A stretch of 64,000 bases of DNA from a virus: the IMG/VR virus record IMGVR_UViG_3300035047_000215. One strand, written 5' to 3'. Under the pieces are notes generated by a model. The model made no database searches, had not been told where the DNA came from, and worked only from the letters and a program-made list of their open reading frames with translations. Shown here one piece after another: positions 1 through 10,330 of this stretch. The first letter of the stretch is position 1; each line of letters opens with the position of its first letter. The position numbers and the translations under genes were made by a program.

Positions 1-431
1 CTGCCCGCCGTGCTGGTTACAAAACCCGCTCTGACTCAATCGCCGCGCAAAATATGTTAAAACCTGTGATACAGGCGGCTATCCAGCGTCGCATGGCTGA
101 CAGGGAAAAAAGAACCGAGATTACCCATGATCGAGTTTTACAGGAATACGCCTGCCTGGCTTTCAATGATCCACGACAATATTTCAATGAATCCGGGGAC
201 CTGGTTCCCATTTCTGAGCTATCCCAGGAAGCAGCTGCCGCCATCTCTGGCTTTGATGCCCGCGTGGTGAAGGGCGAAGACGGCACAGAATGCACAATCA
301 TGAAAATCAAGCTGTCTGACAAGCGGGCAAGCCTCAACGACGTGGCCCGCCACCTGGGCATGTTCCTGGAAGACAACAAACAGAAAGGCCCGAGCGAGAT
401 CCTTGTGACCCTGGAGCCGGACAATGACTGA
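1..431 (+). CDS. terS: Terminase small subunit (5' end cut by window edge)
   Basis: The frame stays open from base 3 upstream of the listed Met (..AGYKTRSDSIAAQN-MLKPVIQAAIQRRM..ITHDRVLQEYACLAFND..). This is the pattern I associate with Terminase_2-type small subunits. It overlaps terL by 8 nt. Confidence 0.7.
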   Translation, partial: ARRAGYKTRSDSIAAQNMLKPVIQAAIQRRMADREKRTEITHDRVLQEYACLAFNDPRQYFNESGDLVPISELSQEAAAAISGFDARVVKGEDGTECTIMKIKLSDKRASLNDVARHLGMFLEDNKQKGPSEILVTLEPDND

Positions 432-1668
432 CAATCAAGTTCATATCCGGATCAATCCCAAGATTTACAATCCAAGGTATCTCCCTTACCTGGATTTGCA
501 GACCCGGACCCAGATCTTTTATGGTGGATCATCGTCCGGTAAATCATTCTTTCTTGCCCAACGTGCCGTCAAGGATCTACTCCAGGGCGGCCGGAATTAT
601 TTGATCACCAGGCAGGTATCCAATACCGTCAGATCATCCGTATTCAACGAGATCTGCAAAGCCATTACCGCCCACAAGGCCAACCACCTATTCGAGATCC
701 GGACCGGGGACATGGAAATCACATGTGTCAACGGGTACCAGATGCTGTTCAAGGGCCTGGACGATGAGGAAAAGATCAAATCGGTTACACCAAAGAAAGG
801 TGTCATCACAGATATCTGGCAGGAAGAAGCCACAGAAAATACATACGAGGCTACCAAGCAGCTGGGAAAACGTCTCCGGGGCCGGTCCCGGGTACCCAAG
901 CGGCAGATCCTGTCATTCAATCCGATATACAAAACCCACTGGATCTATACCCATTTCTTTGAGCCCCTGGGCTGGAAAGAGAAACAGACCGAGCACCAGG
1001 ACGATCAGCTGTCCATCCTCAAGACCACCTACGTGGACAACAAGTGGTTGATGCCGGACGATATTCTGGCCCTGGAAACCGAAGGGGATGAGTATTACCG
1101 GCAGGTGTACACATACGGTAACTGGGGAATCCTGGGTGATGCGATTCTCACGAACTGGCGGACCGCTGATCTGTCTGACCACTCCCAGTTCACCAACCTC
1201 AGAAACGGGCTGGATTTTGGATACTCCGGAGATCCCAACGCCTTCACCCGGAATCATTATGACCGGCCGGGCAAAAGGATTTTCACGTTCAAAGGCTGGC
1301 ACCAGAACAAGCTGACCAATCCACAGATAGCCGGCCGACTCAAGCCAGACATTGGGGCCGAAGCCATCTTTTGTGATTCATCCGAGCCCAAATCCATCCA
1401 GGAGCTGAGAGACAACGACATCGATGCCCGGGGTGTGAAGAAAGGGCCGGATTCCCTGCTTTATTCCATCAAGTGGTTGCAGAAACACGAGATCATTGTG
1501 GATGAGAACCTGCAAGGGCTTATCAATGAGCTGAACACCTGGCAGTGGAAGAAGGACAAAGACGGCAATTCCCTGCCAATCCCTGAAGACAAGAACAATC
1601 ATTACATCGATTCCATGCGCTACGCCCTGGAGATCGAATACACCGGTTTCTTTGGGGGTGTGCTGTGA
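424..1668 (+). CDS. terL: Terminase large subunit (PBSX/Terminase_3-like ATPase-nuclease)
   Basis: 414 aa. Walker A is YGGSSSGKS and the Walker B-like stretch is VITDIWQEEATE. There is a C-terminal nuclease-type segment (..NNHYIDSMRYAL). It lies directly after terS. Confidence 0.85.
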   Translation: MTDNQVHIRINPKIYNPRYLPYLDLQTRTQIFYGGSSSGKSFFLAQRAVKDLLQGGRNYLITRQVSNTVRSSVFNEICKAITAHKANHLFEIRTGDMEITCVNGYQMLFKGLDDEEKIKSVTPKKGVITDIWQEEATENTYEATKQLGKRLRGRSRVPKRQILSFNPIYKTHWIYTHFFEPLGWKEKQTEHQDDQLSILKTTYVDNKWLMPDDILALETEGDEYYRQVYTYGNWGILGDAILTNWRTADLSDHSQFTNLRNGLDFGYSGDPNAFTRNHYDRPGKRIFTFKGWHQNKLTNPQIAGRLKPDIGAEAIFCDSSEPKSIQELRDNDIDARGVKKGPDSLLYSIKWLQKHEIIVDENLQGLINELNTWQWKKDKDGNSLPIPEDKNNHYIDSMRYALEIEYTGFFGGVL

Positions 1669-2351
1669 TTGAGATTGTCCGGGATTCATACAATGCAGAG
1701 ACACGGCAGGCCCGCCACGACTGGGCCGAAGTCACGGGCCAGATGCGTGAACTCAAGCCGGCTATCATTCACGACATGAGGACCGGGGCCAAGTATTCAT
1801 CCATCGCCGGCGCCATTGGCTGGCCCACTGCCATGGAGCCCGGTTGCATGATCATCGCCGGGGTGGGGCAGGGAGCTATCAAGGTCCTGGAATTCCGGGA
1901 GCACCAGTCTGTCTATGATCTCATTGAAGACGTGGTGATGACTCGCAAGGAATACAAACACGGCAGCTTTGGCGGCATCCTACCGGACTGGGTAGCAGAT
2001 CCGGACCGGTACCTGGCCCTGGTGGCTGAAACGTCGGTTGCGCTGGAAACCAAGCTGGGATCAGACCGGGGCCTGTATATCAGGGAGCCCGCTGACTGGT
2101 ACGAACAGCATGTTTTCCCTTTGTATATGTGGCAGCTGAGGACCGCCCTGGCCAAAAAGCAGCTGCATATCCAAGACCACCAGGGCCTGGTGGGCCGGTT
2201 GCAATCCATCCCCCCGGACATCATCGACAAGGGCAAGGTGTTTGATTACCCGGCCGTCGGTGCTCTGGCAGGTCTCACACATACCATAATTACAGAAAGA
2301 ACGTGGGAGCAGGACATCGACCACGGCAAACCAATAATGACGGAGATATAG
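1665..2351 (+). CDS. Hypothetical protein
   Basis: 228-aa ORF with a GTG start overlapping the terL stop (GTGA coupling). No motif recognised. Confidence 0.6.
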   Translation: MIEIVRDSYNAETRQARHDWAEVTGQMRELKPAIIHDMRTGAKYSSIAGAIGWPTAMEPGCMIIAGVGQGAIKVLEFREHQSVYDLIEDVVMTRKEYKHGSFGGILPDWVADPDRYLALVAETSVALETKLGSDRGLYIREPADWYEQHVFPLYMWQLRTALAKKQLHIQDHQGLVGRLQSIPPDIIDKGKVFDYPAVGALAGLTHTIITERTWEQDIDHGKPIMTEI

Positions 2352-2353
2352 AC

Positions 2354-2800
2354 ATGGATCAAGCAGTTACGATTGGCGCAGTAGCCAACTATCCCATCAG
2401 GGACGAAGACGACATGGCATCTAACGATGACCGTGGATTACCCACTCAGCAGAGTGTCAAGGCATATGCCGATTCAGTCCGGGCCAACGCCCAGGAGCTG
2501 ACAGAATCCGGGGCCGTCACTCCAGGAGTTAATGCAGTTGAGCTGAACCACATCGACACGGCCGTCGAGGCCACCATCGCGGACCTGTCCGCCCATCCCG
2601 GCATGCTGGTGATCAAAAACACAAGCGCATCCGGATTAGCTGCACACACAGTCACGGCAACCGCTGGCACGTTCGACGGGACCAATGATGTGGTGACCTT
2701 GAACGCCGGCGGGGAATGTATCGTTCTCTGGATCGACTCAGCAGGCAACGGCACAATCATCGAAAACGTGGGTGAAGTCGCACTGTCTGAGGCCGCATGA
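2354..2800 (+). CDS. Hypothetical virion-associated protein (Ala/Thr/Gly-rich)
   Basis: ATG at 2354; the listed Met at 2303 would overlap the previous gene by 49 nt. Contains ..LPTQQSVKAYADS.., a short motif I have seen near N-termini of phage fibre/decoration proteins. Confidence 0.55.
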   Translation: MDQAVTIGAVANYPIRDEDDMASNDDRGLPTQQSVKAYADSVRANAQELTESGAVTPGVNAVELNHIDTAVEATIADLSAHPGMLVIKNTSASGLAAHTVTATAGTFDGTNDVVTLNAGGECIVLWIDSAGNGTIIENVGEVALSEAA

Positions 2801-3096
2801 TGCTTGAGATGATACTTGCATTCATTCTTGCGTGGATCTGTACCCTTTCCGGCGTCGCCCTGGGCGGTTTCCTTGTTTTCCGCACAAAGCGGGAGGGGTA
2901 CGATCCTCTTTTCCAGGCCAATCCCCCAACAGGCGAATCCTTCCATCTGGATGACCTGGGGCTGGATGCAGAAGCGCCCGCCACTAAAACAGAGCTGCCA
3001 AAGGCGATGCAGGATGCCCAGGCCAGATTCTCACAGCAATTTTCCGGGGCGGACATGTTCGCTGAGAGCCTGGCAGAAAAGGCGCGTGAGAAATGA
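2797..3096 (+). CDS. Small membrane protein
   Basis: 99 aa with an N-terminal hydrophobic helix (ILAFILAWICTLSGVALGGFLVF). ATGA overlap with the upstream gene. Confidence 0.55.
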   Translation: MMLEMILAFILAWICTLSGVALGGFLVFRTKREGYDPLFQANPPTGESFHLDDLGLDAEAPATKTELPKAMQDAQARFSQQFSGADMFAESLAEKAREK

Positions 3097-3446
3097 CACA
3101 GGACATTTACCTATCAGCCAAAGGCAAGAAGTACCAGACCCGGAACCTGGCCGAGCGCAATATCCCGGCTGGATACGAGATTGTAGAAGACTCTGACGGT
3201 TTCTATGGGCTGAAGCGTGAGGCACAGGAGATTGTCTGCCCACTGTGCGGGGCCTGTCATTACGAAACAACCGATCAGTTTGACCCGGACCGACACGCAC
3301 ACCCCGGGATGCTCAGACTCAAAGAGCCCTATGCCGGGTATGGATGGGAGCCACCTCCGCCTGATCCGTCTGCCGGGTCCGGGTCCATCGAATGCAGGGA
3401 TTGCGGGGGATTAATGGCACCCGAAGGAAAGTTTAAGCTGAGATGA
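3093..3446 (+). CDS. Zinc-ribbon-like hypothetical protein
   Basis: 117 aa with two Cys pairs (CPLCGAC .. CRDCGG). ATGA overlaps at both ends. Confidence 0.55.
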   Translation: MTQDIYLSAKGKKYQTRNLAERNIPAGYEIVEDSDGFYGLKREAQEIVCPLCGACHYETTDQFDPDRHAHPGMLRLKEPYAGYGWEPPPPDPSAGSGSIECRDCGGLMAPEGKFKLR

Positions 3447-5254
3447 CCAAGCCAATCGAAGAATACAGCGCCGAACGGCCGCCAGAACAAGGACACAAAG
3501 AAATAGGTCTATGGGTCTGGGGCCTGTTTGAAGACTCGTATGCAGAGAAAGAGCGCCTTGGCCTGATGGACAGGTGGGCCAGCAATTACCGCCTATTCCG
3601 TGGGGATCACTGGGGGAACAAGGGCCGGAACCGTCCGGACAAACTCAGTATCAACCTTTTCTTTGCCAACGTGCAGCGGACCGTGGCCAACGTGACAGCC
3701 AAAAACCCCGTGGTGGAAGTGGTGGACCTGGACGGTCACACCGATGCAGCAGGGGAAGTGCTGACGATGAAGGTCCGGAAGCACTGGCACGAATCAGAAC
3801 AGCAATCCACGTTATCCACTACCTGCCAGGTCATGGAAGTGTACGGGATCACGGTTGAAAAACATGGCTGGATCAGTTCCAGCAAAGAGCCGCTTACCTT
3901 TGTCGTGGACCCCTATGCGTGGTTCCCGGCACCGGGATATTGGCAGGACATCCAGGACATGCCGTATGTCATTCATGCGTACCCCATGGATATCCACAAG
4001 ATCGAGAAAATATTCGACCTGGAAGAAGGCACGGTAGAGGCGGAAGATGTCCGCACAATCCTGGGCCGTGAAGACCGGGAGCAGGTCAGACCCAACGAAA
4101 CAATGATGAGCCGTGAAAGCGGTATCGTCCACCAGCAATACAAGAATACATCCGAAGTCACCGCCCGGTACAGCAATAATTCCGGTGAGGGCCTGGTGGT
4201 TGAATGCTGGTTTAGGGATGACACAGCGGCCGATGGTGTCCGGGTCGTTATCATCACCAACCGTGGCAAGCAGGTGCTGGCAGACATGGACAATCCCAAC
4301 ATCAACTTGAACATCAATCGGGAGGCCATCAAAGAAACATATGCCTGGGGCCGGTATCCATTCTCATACGCAAACAGCTATGAGGATTCCACATCGATCT
4401 GGGGATTCTCCGCCGGTGAGCAGGTAGGGGATCTCAACAAGCGCATCGATGAGCTGGTCAGCCGGATGGTAGCCTGGGCCAATCGGGCCATGTTCCCACC
4501 ATTAAGAGTGGATGCCGGTTGTGGAATCACCAAGTCAATGCTCAGCAACAAGCCCGGTCTGGTACTGATGCCCACCAGGCCCAACGCCAAAATTGAGTTT
4601 ATTCCGGTACCCAATTTGCCACAATCATTTTTCCAGGTCCTGGAGATCCTTACCACCTTCCATGACCGGATATACCAGATCGAGGATGCAGACAGGGGCG
4701 TGCTGCCCACGGGTGTGACAGCTGCCAGTGCCATTGTCGCATTGCAGGAGCGAAACGCTGTTCTGATCCAACATAAGATCCGGGCCACGGAGCACATGGC
4801 AAGGGAGCGGGGCCGCTGGGCCATATCCGGGTGGCTGAATTTCTCCACCAAGGTGGAAACCCTGGAAGTCAGGGGGGAAACCGTTGAATTACAGGGCATA
4901 TCACTGGCCGGCCGTCGGTTCAACTACATGGTTGAGAGCGGCAGCACGGTAGCCAGAACATCGATCCAGCAGCAGGAACAGGCCATGGACCTTTACAAGG
5001 AACAGGCCATCGACCGGCAGGCATTGCTTGAAACCCTGAACTTTCCCGGCTGGAAACAGATTATCGAGCGCGTGGGAGAGGGCCAGCTTGACCAGGCTTT
5101 ACAGATCCTGGTGCAGGCCGGGCTGGATGAAGAACAGGCGGCACAGCTGAGGCAGTTTCTTATGGAACCCCAGGGCGGACCGGGCAAACCGGCACCCGAG
5201 GGCAGCAGTCAACCGAAACCCGGAACACCCAGAGCACAACAGGGAGGGATGTAA
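3443..5254 (+). CDS. Portal protein
   Basis: 603 aa, located between the terminase and the scaffold/capsid genes. N-terminal ..RWASNYRLFRGDHWG.. is a portal-like motif and the C-terminus is acidic/Gln-rich. Confidence 0.7.
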   Translation: MTKPIEEYSAERPPEQGHKEIGLWVWGLFEDSYAEKERLGLMDRWASNYRLFRGDHWGNKGRNRPDKLSINLFFANVQRTVANVTAKNPVVEVVDLDGHTDAAGEVLTMKVRKHWHESEQQSTLSTTCQVMEVYGITVEKHGWISSSKEPLTFVVDPYAWFPAPGYWQDIQDMPYVIHAYPMDIHKIEKIFDLEEGTVEAEDVRTILGREDREQVRPNETMMSRESGIVHQQYKNTSEVTARYSNNSGEGLVVECWFRDDTAADGVRVVIITNRGKQVLADMDNPNINLNINREAIKETYAWGRYPFSYANSYEDSTSIWGFSAGEQVGDLNKRIDELVSRMVAWANRAMFPPLRVDAGCGITKSMLSNKPGLVLMPTRPNAKIEFIPVPNLPQSFFQVLEILTTFHDRIYQIEDADRGVLPTGVTAASAIVALQERNAVLIQHKIRATEHMARERGRWAISGWLNFSTKVETLEVRGETVELQGISLAGRRFNYMVESGSTVARTSIQQQEQAMDLYKEQAIDRQALLETLNFPGWKQIIERVGEGQLDQALQILVQAGLDEEQAAQLRQFLMEPQGGPGKPAPEGSSQPKPGTPRAQQGGM

Positions 5255-5520
5255 TGCCCCTTTATCATTATGAGTGCCCCAACTGCACAACCGAATACGA
5301 CCAGTTTCTGAAACTGGCTGAATATAAAACCCCTGTCCCATGCCCCACATGCGGGCGCACAGGGAGAAAGGTCATCACCGCGCAAATCCAGCGGGATGAA
5401 CCCACATGGCTGGACAATGAGGTTCGTGAATGTCTTCAGGACACAGAAGCAGAACCGCCCATTGAAAACCGGTCACAGTACAAGCGCTATCTCAAGGATA
5501 ACGGGATTATCGAACGATAG
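5254..5520 (+). CDS. FmdB-type zinc-ribbon protein
   Basis: 88 aa. MPLYHYECPNCTTEYDQF...VPCPTCG is the CxxC..CxxC pattern of the FmdB/'putative regulatory protein' zinc-ribbon family. Confidence 0.65.
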   Translation: MPLYHYECPNCTTEYDQFLKLAEYKTPVPCPTCGRTGRKVITAQIQRDEPTWLDNEVRECLQDTEAEPPIENRSQYKRYLKDNGIIER

Positions 5521-5589
5521 CCCGCCCGGCGGAAGCATTCAATTTATAATCGGGACAACTGGGAGACCAGCCCCAAAGGAGCGGGAAAA

Positions 5590-6336
5590 ATGAAAGACGA
5601 TGATGTAATGCCAGCAGGCGCAGAGCCCCCCGAAACCAAAGAGGAACCTGTCCAGGAAGACAAACAGGAACCGATACTGGGCAAATTCAATTCACCCGAT
5701 GAGCTGGCAACGGCTTATACGGAGCTGGAAAAGAAATTGGGGGAGCAGGGCACAGAACTGGGCAGCATGAAGCAGATGAACAGCATGATGCTGGAGCAGA
5801 TGCAGAACCGGCAGGCCCAGGACCAGACACCGGCGACCGAGACCGAGAAGGACTCGTTTGATTATGATGCCGGTATGCAGGCGATCACCGAAAAGGTGCA
5901 GAACGGGGATCTTTCCATCGAGGAAGCCCTGGCCGAAACAGCCAACCTGACGGCCGAGAAGGCCACACGCAATGCCCTGTCACAGTACGAGCAGATGAAC
6001 GCCAGGCAGCAGCAGGAAGCTGCACAGCAGAAATTCCTTGAGGACCATCCGGACTTCACCCAGCTTCAACAGACTGGGGAACTGGAGAAGATCAAGAAAA
6101 CCCTGCCCGGCATGCACGATGATTTTTCCGCGTATTTTGCTTTTCAAGCAGACAAAGCCCTGCAAGAAGCACAGGACAAGCAGGCACTGGACACAATCGC
6201 CCAGGGGGATGAAAGGACCGACAAGGTCCTCCAGAAACCCGGGGCCAAAGCAAAAGACATCGGGAAGCCCAAAGGCAAATTATCAGAAGCGGAGCTGAAG
6301 GCACACACCTTAGCCCGCCTTGAGGCCATGGAGTGA
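5590..6336 (+). CDS. Scaffolding protein (putative)
   Basis: 248 aa, acidic and Gln/Glu/Ala-rich with helical character. Located between portal and major capsid. AAGGAG RBS upstream. Confidence 0.55.
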   Translation: MKDDDVMPAGAEPPETKEEPVQEDKQEPILGKFNSPDELATAYTELEKKLGEQGTELGSMKQMNSMMLEQMQNRQAQDQTPATETEKDSFDYDAGMQAITEKVQNGDLSIEEALAETANLTAEKATRNALSQYEQMNARQQQEAAQQKFLEDHPDFTQLQQTGELEKIKKTLPGMHDDFSAYFAFQADKALQEAQDKQALDTIAQGDERTDKVLQKPGAKAKDIGKPKGKLSEAELKAHTLARLEAME

Positions 6337-6363
6337 CCCGGCAACTTATAGGGAACAATAATC

Positions 6364-7335
6364 ATGTCACTCGAAAAACAGCTGGAAGTCATCACTGAGG
6401 ACTGGATCGAATCCAATCGGCCGGAAGATATTGTCTTTCAGGACAACGTTCTTCTTTACATGCTCATGGCGGGCAAAAAATTTCAGGATACCATGGTCCA
6501 GGCCGGTGAGCTGGTGGACGGCGGGAAGAAAATCAAGGTTTTCCTGGAATACGCCAAGTCGCATACCGGGACCTACGGGAATACCACCAAGATTCCTCAG
6601 TCCAAAAAGGAAATCCTTAACGCCTGCCTGTTCGGCTGGGCTGGGTACTATGGTTCCAACACCATCGACCTGGATGACCAAATCCAGAACAACGGCAAGG
6701 CCGCATTGATCAACCTGGCACACGCCATCTTGAAGAACATCCACAAAACCATCCGGGACAACATGGGTGATGATGTTTACAACGCACGGGGTGATAATGC
6801 ACGGGCCTTCATCGGACTGGGAGACCTGTTCAACACCACTACGTCTGAGGTGTACGGGTCGATCAAAGAGGATGATATGGCAGACTGGAAAGCCAACGTG
6901 CTGGATGATGCTGTACCGATCTCTTTCAAGATCATGCAGAAGATCCGCCGGACCGCCAAAATCGGCCAGAGCCGGGATGCCAAACCGAACATCTATATCA
7001 CGACCGATGTGCTCAAAGACGGGTTCGAGCGGACCCTGCACACCCAGGCCCGGTATTCCAATACCAAGCTGGTGGATGCAGGCTTTGACAATGTGCTTTT
7101 CGGTGGTGTGCCCCTGGTGGCAGATGACAAACAGTCTGACGGCATTGTGGATGGTCTCAACCTGAACTATCTGAAAGCCAAGACCCACACCAAATGGAAA
7201 TTCACCACACCCAAGTGGGAATATTCCAAGGATCAGCCGGACACGCTGACGGCAAACACCCGATGGATTGGGCAGCTGATTTGCGCCAACCGGAAGGCGC
7301 ATTGCCGGCACGAAAACCTGACTGAGCCGGAATAA
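6364..7335 (+). CDS. Major capsid protein (putative)
   Basis: 323 aa immediately after the scaffold-like gene and followed by a strong hairpin. Size and position are typical of an HK97-fold capsid gene. No family assigned by eye. Confidence 0.65.
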   Translation: MSLEKQLEVITEDWIESNRPEDIVFQDNVLLYMLMAGKKFQDTMVQAGELVDGGKKIKVFLEYAKSHTGTYGNTTKIPQSKKEILNACLFGWAGYYGSNTIDLDDQIQNNGKAALINLAHAILKNIHKTIRDNMGDDVYNARGDNARAFIGLGDLFNTTTSEVYGSIKEDDMADWKANVLDDAVPISFKIMQKIRRTAKIGQSRDAKPNIYITTDVLKDGFERTLHTQARYSNTKLVDAGFDNVLFGGVPLVADDKQSDGIVDGLNLNYLKAKTHTKWKFTTPKWEYSKDQPDTLTANTRWIGQLICANRKAHCRHENLTEPE

Positions 7336-7371
7336 GCCTAATACCCTGAGAGAGGGTAATTAAAAGACGAG

Positions 7372-7397
7372 ATCCCGGCCTTTAACCGGGCCGGGAT
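7372..7397 (+). terminator. Hairpin after the capsid gene (partial terminator/attenuator)
   Basis: ATCCCGGCC-tttaaccg-GGCCGGGAT is a perfect 9-bp stem followed by only a short TT(T)A tract. Confidence 0.45.
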
Positions 7398-7425
7398 TTA
7401 ACCCAATATAGAAAGGACCATAATC

Positions 7426-7794
7426 ATGGACCAGGATCTTAACTTTCAGCATCGGATGGCTTTTGCCGCTGGTGCCAAGACCTCTTATTTTCAGGTGCCC
7501 TACCGGTGCACCCTTCGTAAAGTTTCCGGGATCGTGCAGGCTGATCCGGGCGACGCTGAAACCGTCACCGTAACCACAGAACCGACTGTTGGCGGAACTT
7601 CTGCCGCCCTGGGTACACTGACCTTTGGCACCGACATCGCAGCTGGTGCCGTCGGGACGTGGGCCGCCGATGCCACCACGGGCGCAACCGTGATTGAAAA
7701 GGGCGAGTTCATCAAGTTTGTGACTTCTGCCGGAGCTGACGCGGATCTGGATCTGAACATCGAGCTGGACCCTTACGCCCGTACCACGGAATAA
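7426..7794 (+). CDS. Hypothetical virion protein (possible capsid decoration)
   Basis: 122 aa, Gly/Ala/Thr-rich, directly downstream of the capsid gene. Confidence 0.5.
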   Translation: MDQDLNFQHRMAFAAGAKTSYFQVPYRCTLRKVSGIVQADPGDAETVTVTTEPTVGGTSAALGTLTFGTDIAAGAVGTWAADATTGATVIEKGEFIKFVTSAGADADLDLNIELDPYARTTE

Positions 7795-7847
7795 TTCTCA
7801 GCCCGGGTGCCAGTCATCCGGGCACAACACATTAAACAGGGGAGCAA

Positions 7848-8522
7848 ATGAATTTCAAAGAGCTGATCGACCAGGTTGCAGACATCATCCAGGACCCTTC
7901 TTTCACAGATGAATACATAGGGCAGGTGATCAACCGGGGTATTCAAACGGTTTGCGCGGGCGTTCTTCTTCCGGGCAAATACGAAATCTCACCGCCATTG
8001 CCGGACCTTTATGCCGTTGATGAGATAGATACGACTCCAGGTGAAGGCGTGGTGTCGCTGCCTGATGACTTCGGGCGGAACCTGGTCATGGTGGTGAACG
8101 ATCTGGGAGAAGAAATTCGCATTGAAAAATCTTTCCTGAAATTCCTGAAAAAAAACACTTCACAGGAAACCGGGTCTATCAGGATCTGTTCTGTTCAAGG
8201 TAAGCGCCTGTTGTACAGGGACGTACCCAGCGCGGCGGAAACCCTGGAGCTTCATTACTATGCCAAGCCCGATGCCCTGGAGGACGAGGAAGACACGCCC
8301 GACTATATCCCCGAGGGCCTGCACCACGACCTTCTTGTCGGGTTCGCCTGTAAGGAAATTTTCAAACTGCTTGAGGACGGGATCAGCGGCCCCACGATTA
8401 ACACGGATAAATGGACAGGAGTTTACCATGCAGGCGTTCATGAGCTGGGCCTCTTTATCGGTGAGGACGGGGAAGCGTTCAACGTGGGTGATGACCTGGA
8501 GAGCGGGGATTACATCTCATGA
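7848..8522 (+). CDS. Hypothetical virion protein
   Basis: 224-aa ORF in the late operon. No motif recognised. Confidence 0.6.
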   Translation: MNFKELIDQVADIIQDPSFTDEYIGQVINRGIQTVCAGVLLPGKYEISPPLPDLYAVDEIDTTPGEGVVSLPDDFGRNLVMVVNDLGEEIRIEKSFLKFLKKNTSQETGSIRICSVQGKRLLYRDVPSAAETLELHYYAKPDALEDEEDTPDYIPEGLHHDLLVGFACKEIFKLLEDGISGPTINTDKWTGVYHAGVHELGLFIGEDGEAFNVGDDLESGDYIS

Positions 8523-9715
8523 GAACCGACAATTTCAAAGGCATGAACAATGTCACTGAAAAAGCCCGGACCATGGATGAACCTGACGTTATCCTGAATG
8601 CCCACGTCATGGCCGACGGTTCCATTGAAAAAAGGGACGGATGTGAAAAGGTCACGGACCTGCCCGGAGCCCACAGCTTATGGACAGACAAGGCAGGAAA
8701 CGTGCTGTGCATGGCCCATGGGTGTCTTTACCGGCTAACCGACGGGGAAGCCATGCTGTTGACCGATACAGGCCAGCCGGATGCGGCGACCAGTTACCTG
8801 TCCCTTAGCGGCCGTGTCTATCTTTCCAATGCCTATTACACCGGCATGTATGACCCTGAAACCGGGACCGTCGAGCCCTGGGGGGTTTCATTGCCGACTG
8901 CACCGGTGATTGTCCCGGGTGATGGTGGACTGCCGGCAGGCACATATCAGGTGTGCTTTACGGTCCCAGGGGTCGATGGGAGACCATCCGGCAACGGCGC
9001 ATTGTCCCAGATCACATTGGACGATGACGGGGGATTTTCCATTGCCAATCTGCCCGCGGGTGCATCTGTCTGGATGACAGACCCGAACGGCAGTCAATTA
9101 TATTTTGCCGGGACAGGCAGCGTTATCACGGAGCTGCCTTCTCCGGAACCATTGCCCACCATGTGGGGATCACCGCCTTTGCCCATGTCCAACCTGTGTT
9201 ACGCACACGGTCTGGTATTCGGGGCCAGGGGTACCCGGATTTATTACAGCGAACCGTATCAGCCGGAGCTGTTCAGGCTATCCGATGCCTTTTTTGAGGT
9301 GGGTGACCTGGTTGGGCTGATCGCCAAAACATCCAATGGTATTTATGTCGGCTGCCGGAAGCACACCTATTTCTTTTCCGGAAAAAACCCGATCGAAATG
9401 GTTCAGCGGACGGTTGGGGATGGGGTTGTCCCGGGATCGCTTTGTTACGCTTCATCCTTGTCGAAACTGGGCCGGAATGTGCCGGTATGGATCGGCAAAG
9501 GTGGCGTATTCGCCGGGACGGTTGACGGCCAGGTTATCAACCTGGTTGAAGAACGGGTGAAGGTGGACCCGGAACAGGATCGAGGTGCATCCATTTACCG
9601 TGTCAAAGACGGTCAGACCCGGATGCTGTTTTCGTACAAACAAAAGGGCCAGCAAATCGGCATGGGAGATAATGCCACATGCGAGGTCATAAGACGTGGA
9701 TCTGTGATCCAATAA
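8519..9715 (+). CDS. Hypothetical virion protein
   Basis: 398-aa ORF with an ATGA overlap to the upstream gene. Gly/Pro-rich, beta-type composition. Confidence 0.6.
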   Translation: MRTDNFKGMNNVTEKARTMDEPDVILNAHVMADGSIEKRDGCEKVTDLPGAHSLWTDKAGNVLCMAHGCLYRLTDGEAMLLTDTGQPDAATSYLSLSGRVYLSNAYYTGMYDPETGTVEPWGVSLPTAPVIVPGDGGLPAGTYQVCFTVPGVDGRPSGNGALSQITLDDDGGFSIANLPAGASVWMTDPNGSQLYFAGTGSVITELPSPEPLPTMWGSPPLPMSNLCYAHGLVFGARGTRIYYSEPYQPELFRLSDAFFEVGDLVGLIAKTSNGIYVGCRKHTYFFSGKNPIEMVQRTVGDGVVPGSLCYASSLSKLGRNVPVWIGKGGVFAGTVDGQVINLVEERVKVDPEQDRGASIYRVKDGQTRMLFSYKQKGQQIGMGDNATCEVIRRGSVIQ

Positions 9716-9733
9716 TTTTAAAGGAGTAGGAAA

Positions 9734-10330
9734 ATGAACGAACTGATTAAGACCGACATCGCGGCCAGACTGGCTGAAGACGTTGAAATCGCCCATGCCC
9801 TGAAGCACCACAAAGACAAGCTGGCTTTTGAAGGCATGGTAACGGCAGAACATGCCCGGGGCGGCAGGATCATTCACCGCCAGGTCGGGAAAAACACCTT
9901 CACCACCCAGGGCATGGCCAAAATGCTGAATATCATGTTTCATGATATTTCCAAAGCCGCGTCCAACATCTGGTATGTGGGTATTTTCAAGAACAACATC
10001 ACCCCGGCCCTGGGCGATACCGCGGCCAAGCTGGGTTCCGGAAACGCCTACGGTGAATGCCAGGATTCCGATTATGATGATCCCCTGACCAACCGGCCGT
10101 CATACGTCACCGAAGACACCACCACGGCGGTTATTTCCAACGTGAACAGCAAGGCCCACTTTGTCATGGCCGGGTCCATCACTGTGTATGGCGCCTTCCT
10201 GTCAGATGCTGCTGCCAAGACGGCATCCACTGGTACCCTGATGTGTGCCAAACGGTTCGGTACCCCGCGGGCGGTTATTGCGGATGATGAGATCTACGTT
10301 ACATATCAAATCACGGCCACAACAAGCTAA
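9734..10330 (+). CDS. Hypothetical virion protein
   Basis: 198-aa ORF with a GGAG RBS upstream. Confidence 0.6.
   Translation: MNELIKTDIAARLAEDVEIAHALKHHKDKLAFEGMVTAEHARGGRIIHRQVGKNTFTTQGMAKMLNIMFHDISKAASNIWYVGIFKNNITPALGDTAAKLGSGNAYGECQDSDYDDPLTNRPSYVTEDTTTAVISNVNSKAHFVMAGSITVYGAFLSDAAAKTASTGTLMCAKRFGTPRAVIADDEIYVTYQITATTS

Noticed and set aside
6367-7311. 314-aa minus-strand ORF spanning the whole major capsid gene
   Set aside because: It is an antisense shadow of a well-supported plus-strand gene. It has no RBS or context, a low-complexity Pro/Gly/Val composition, and breaks the otherwise unidirectional late operon.
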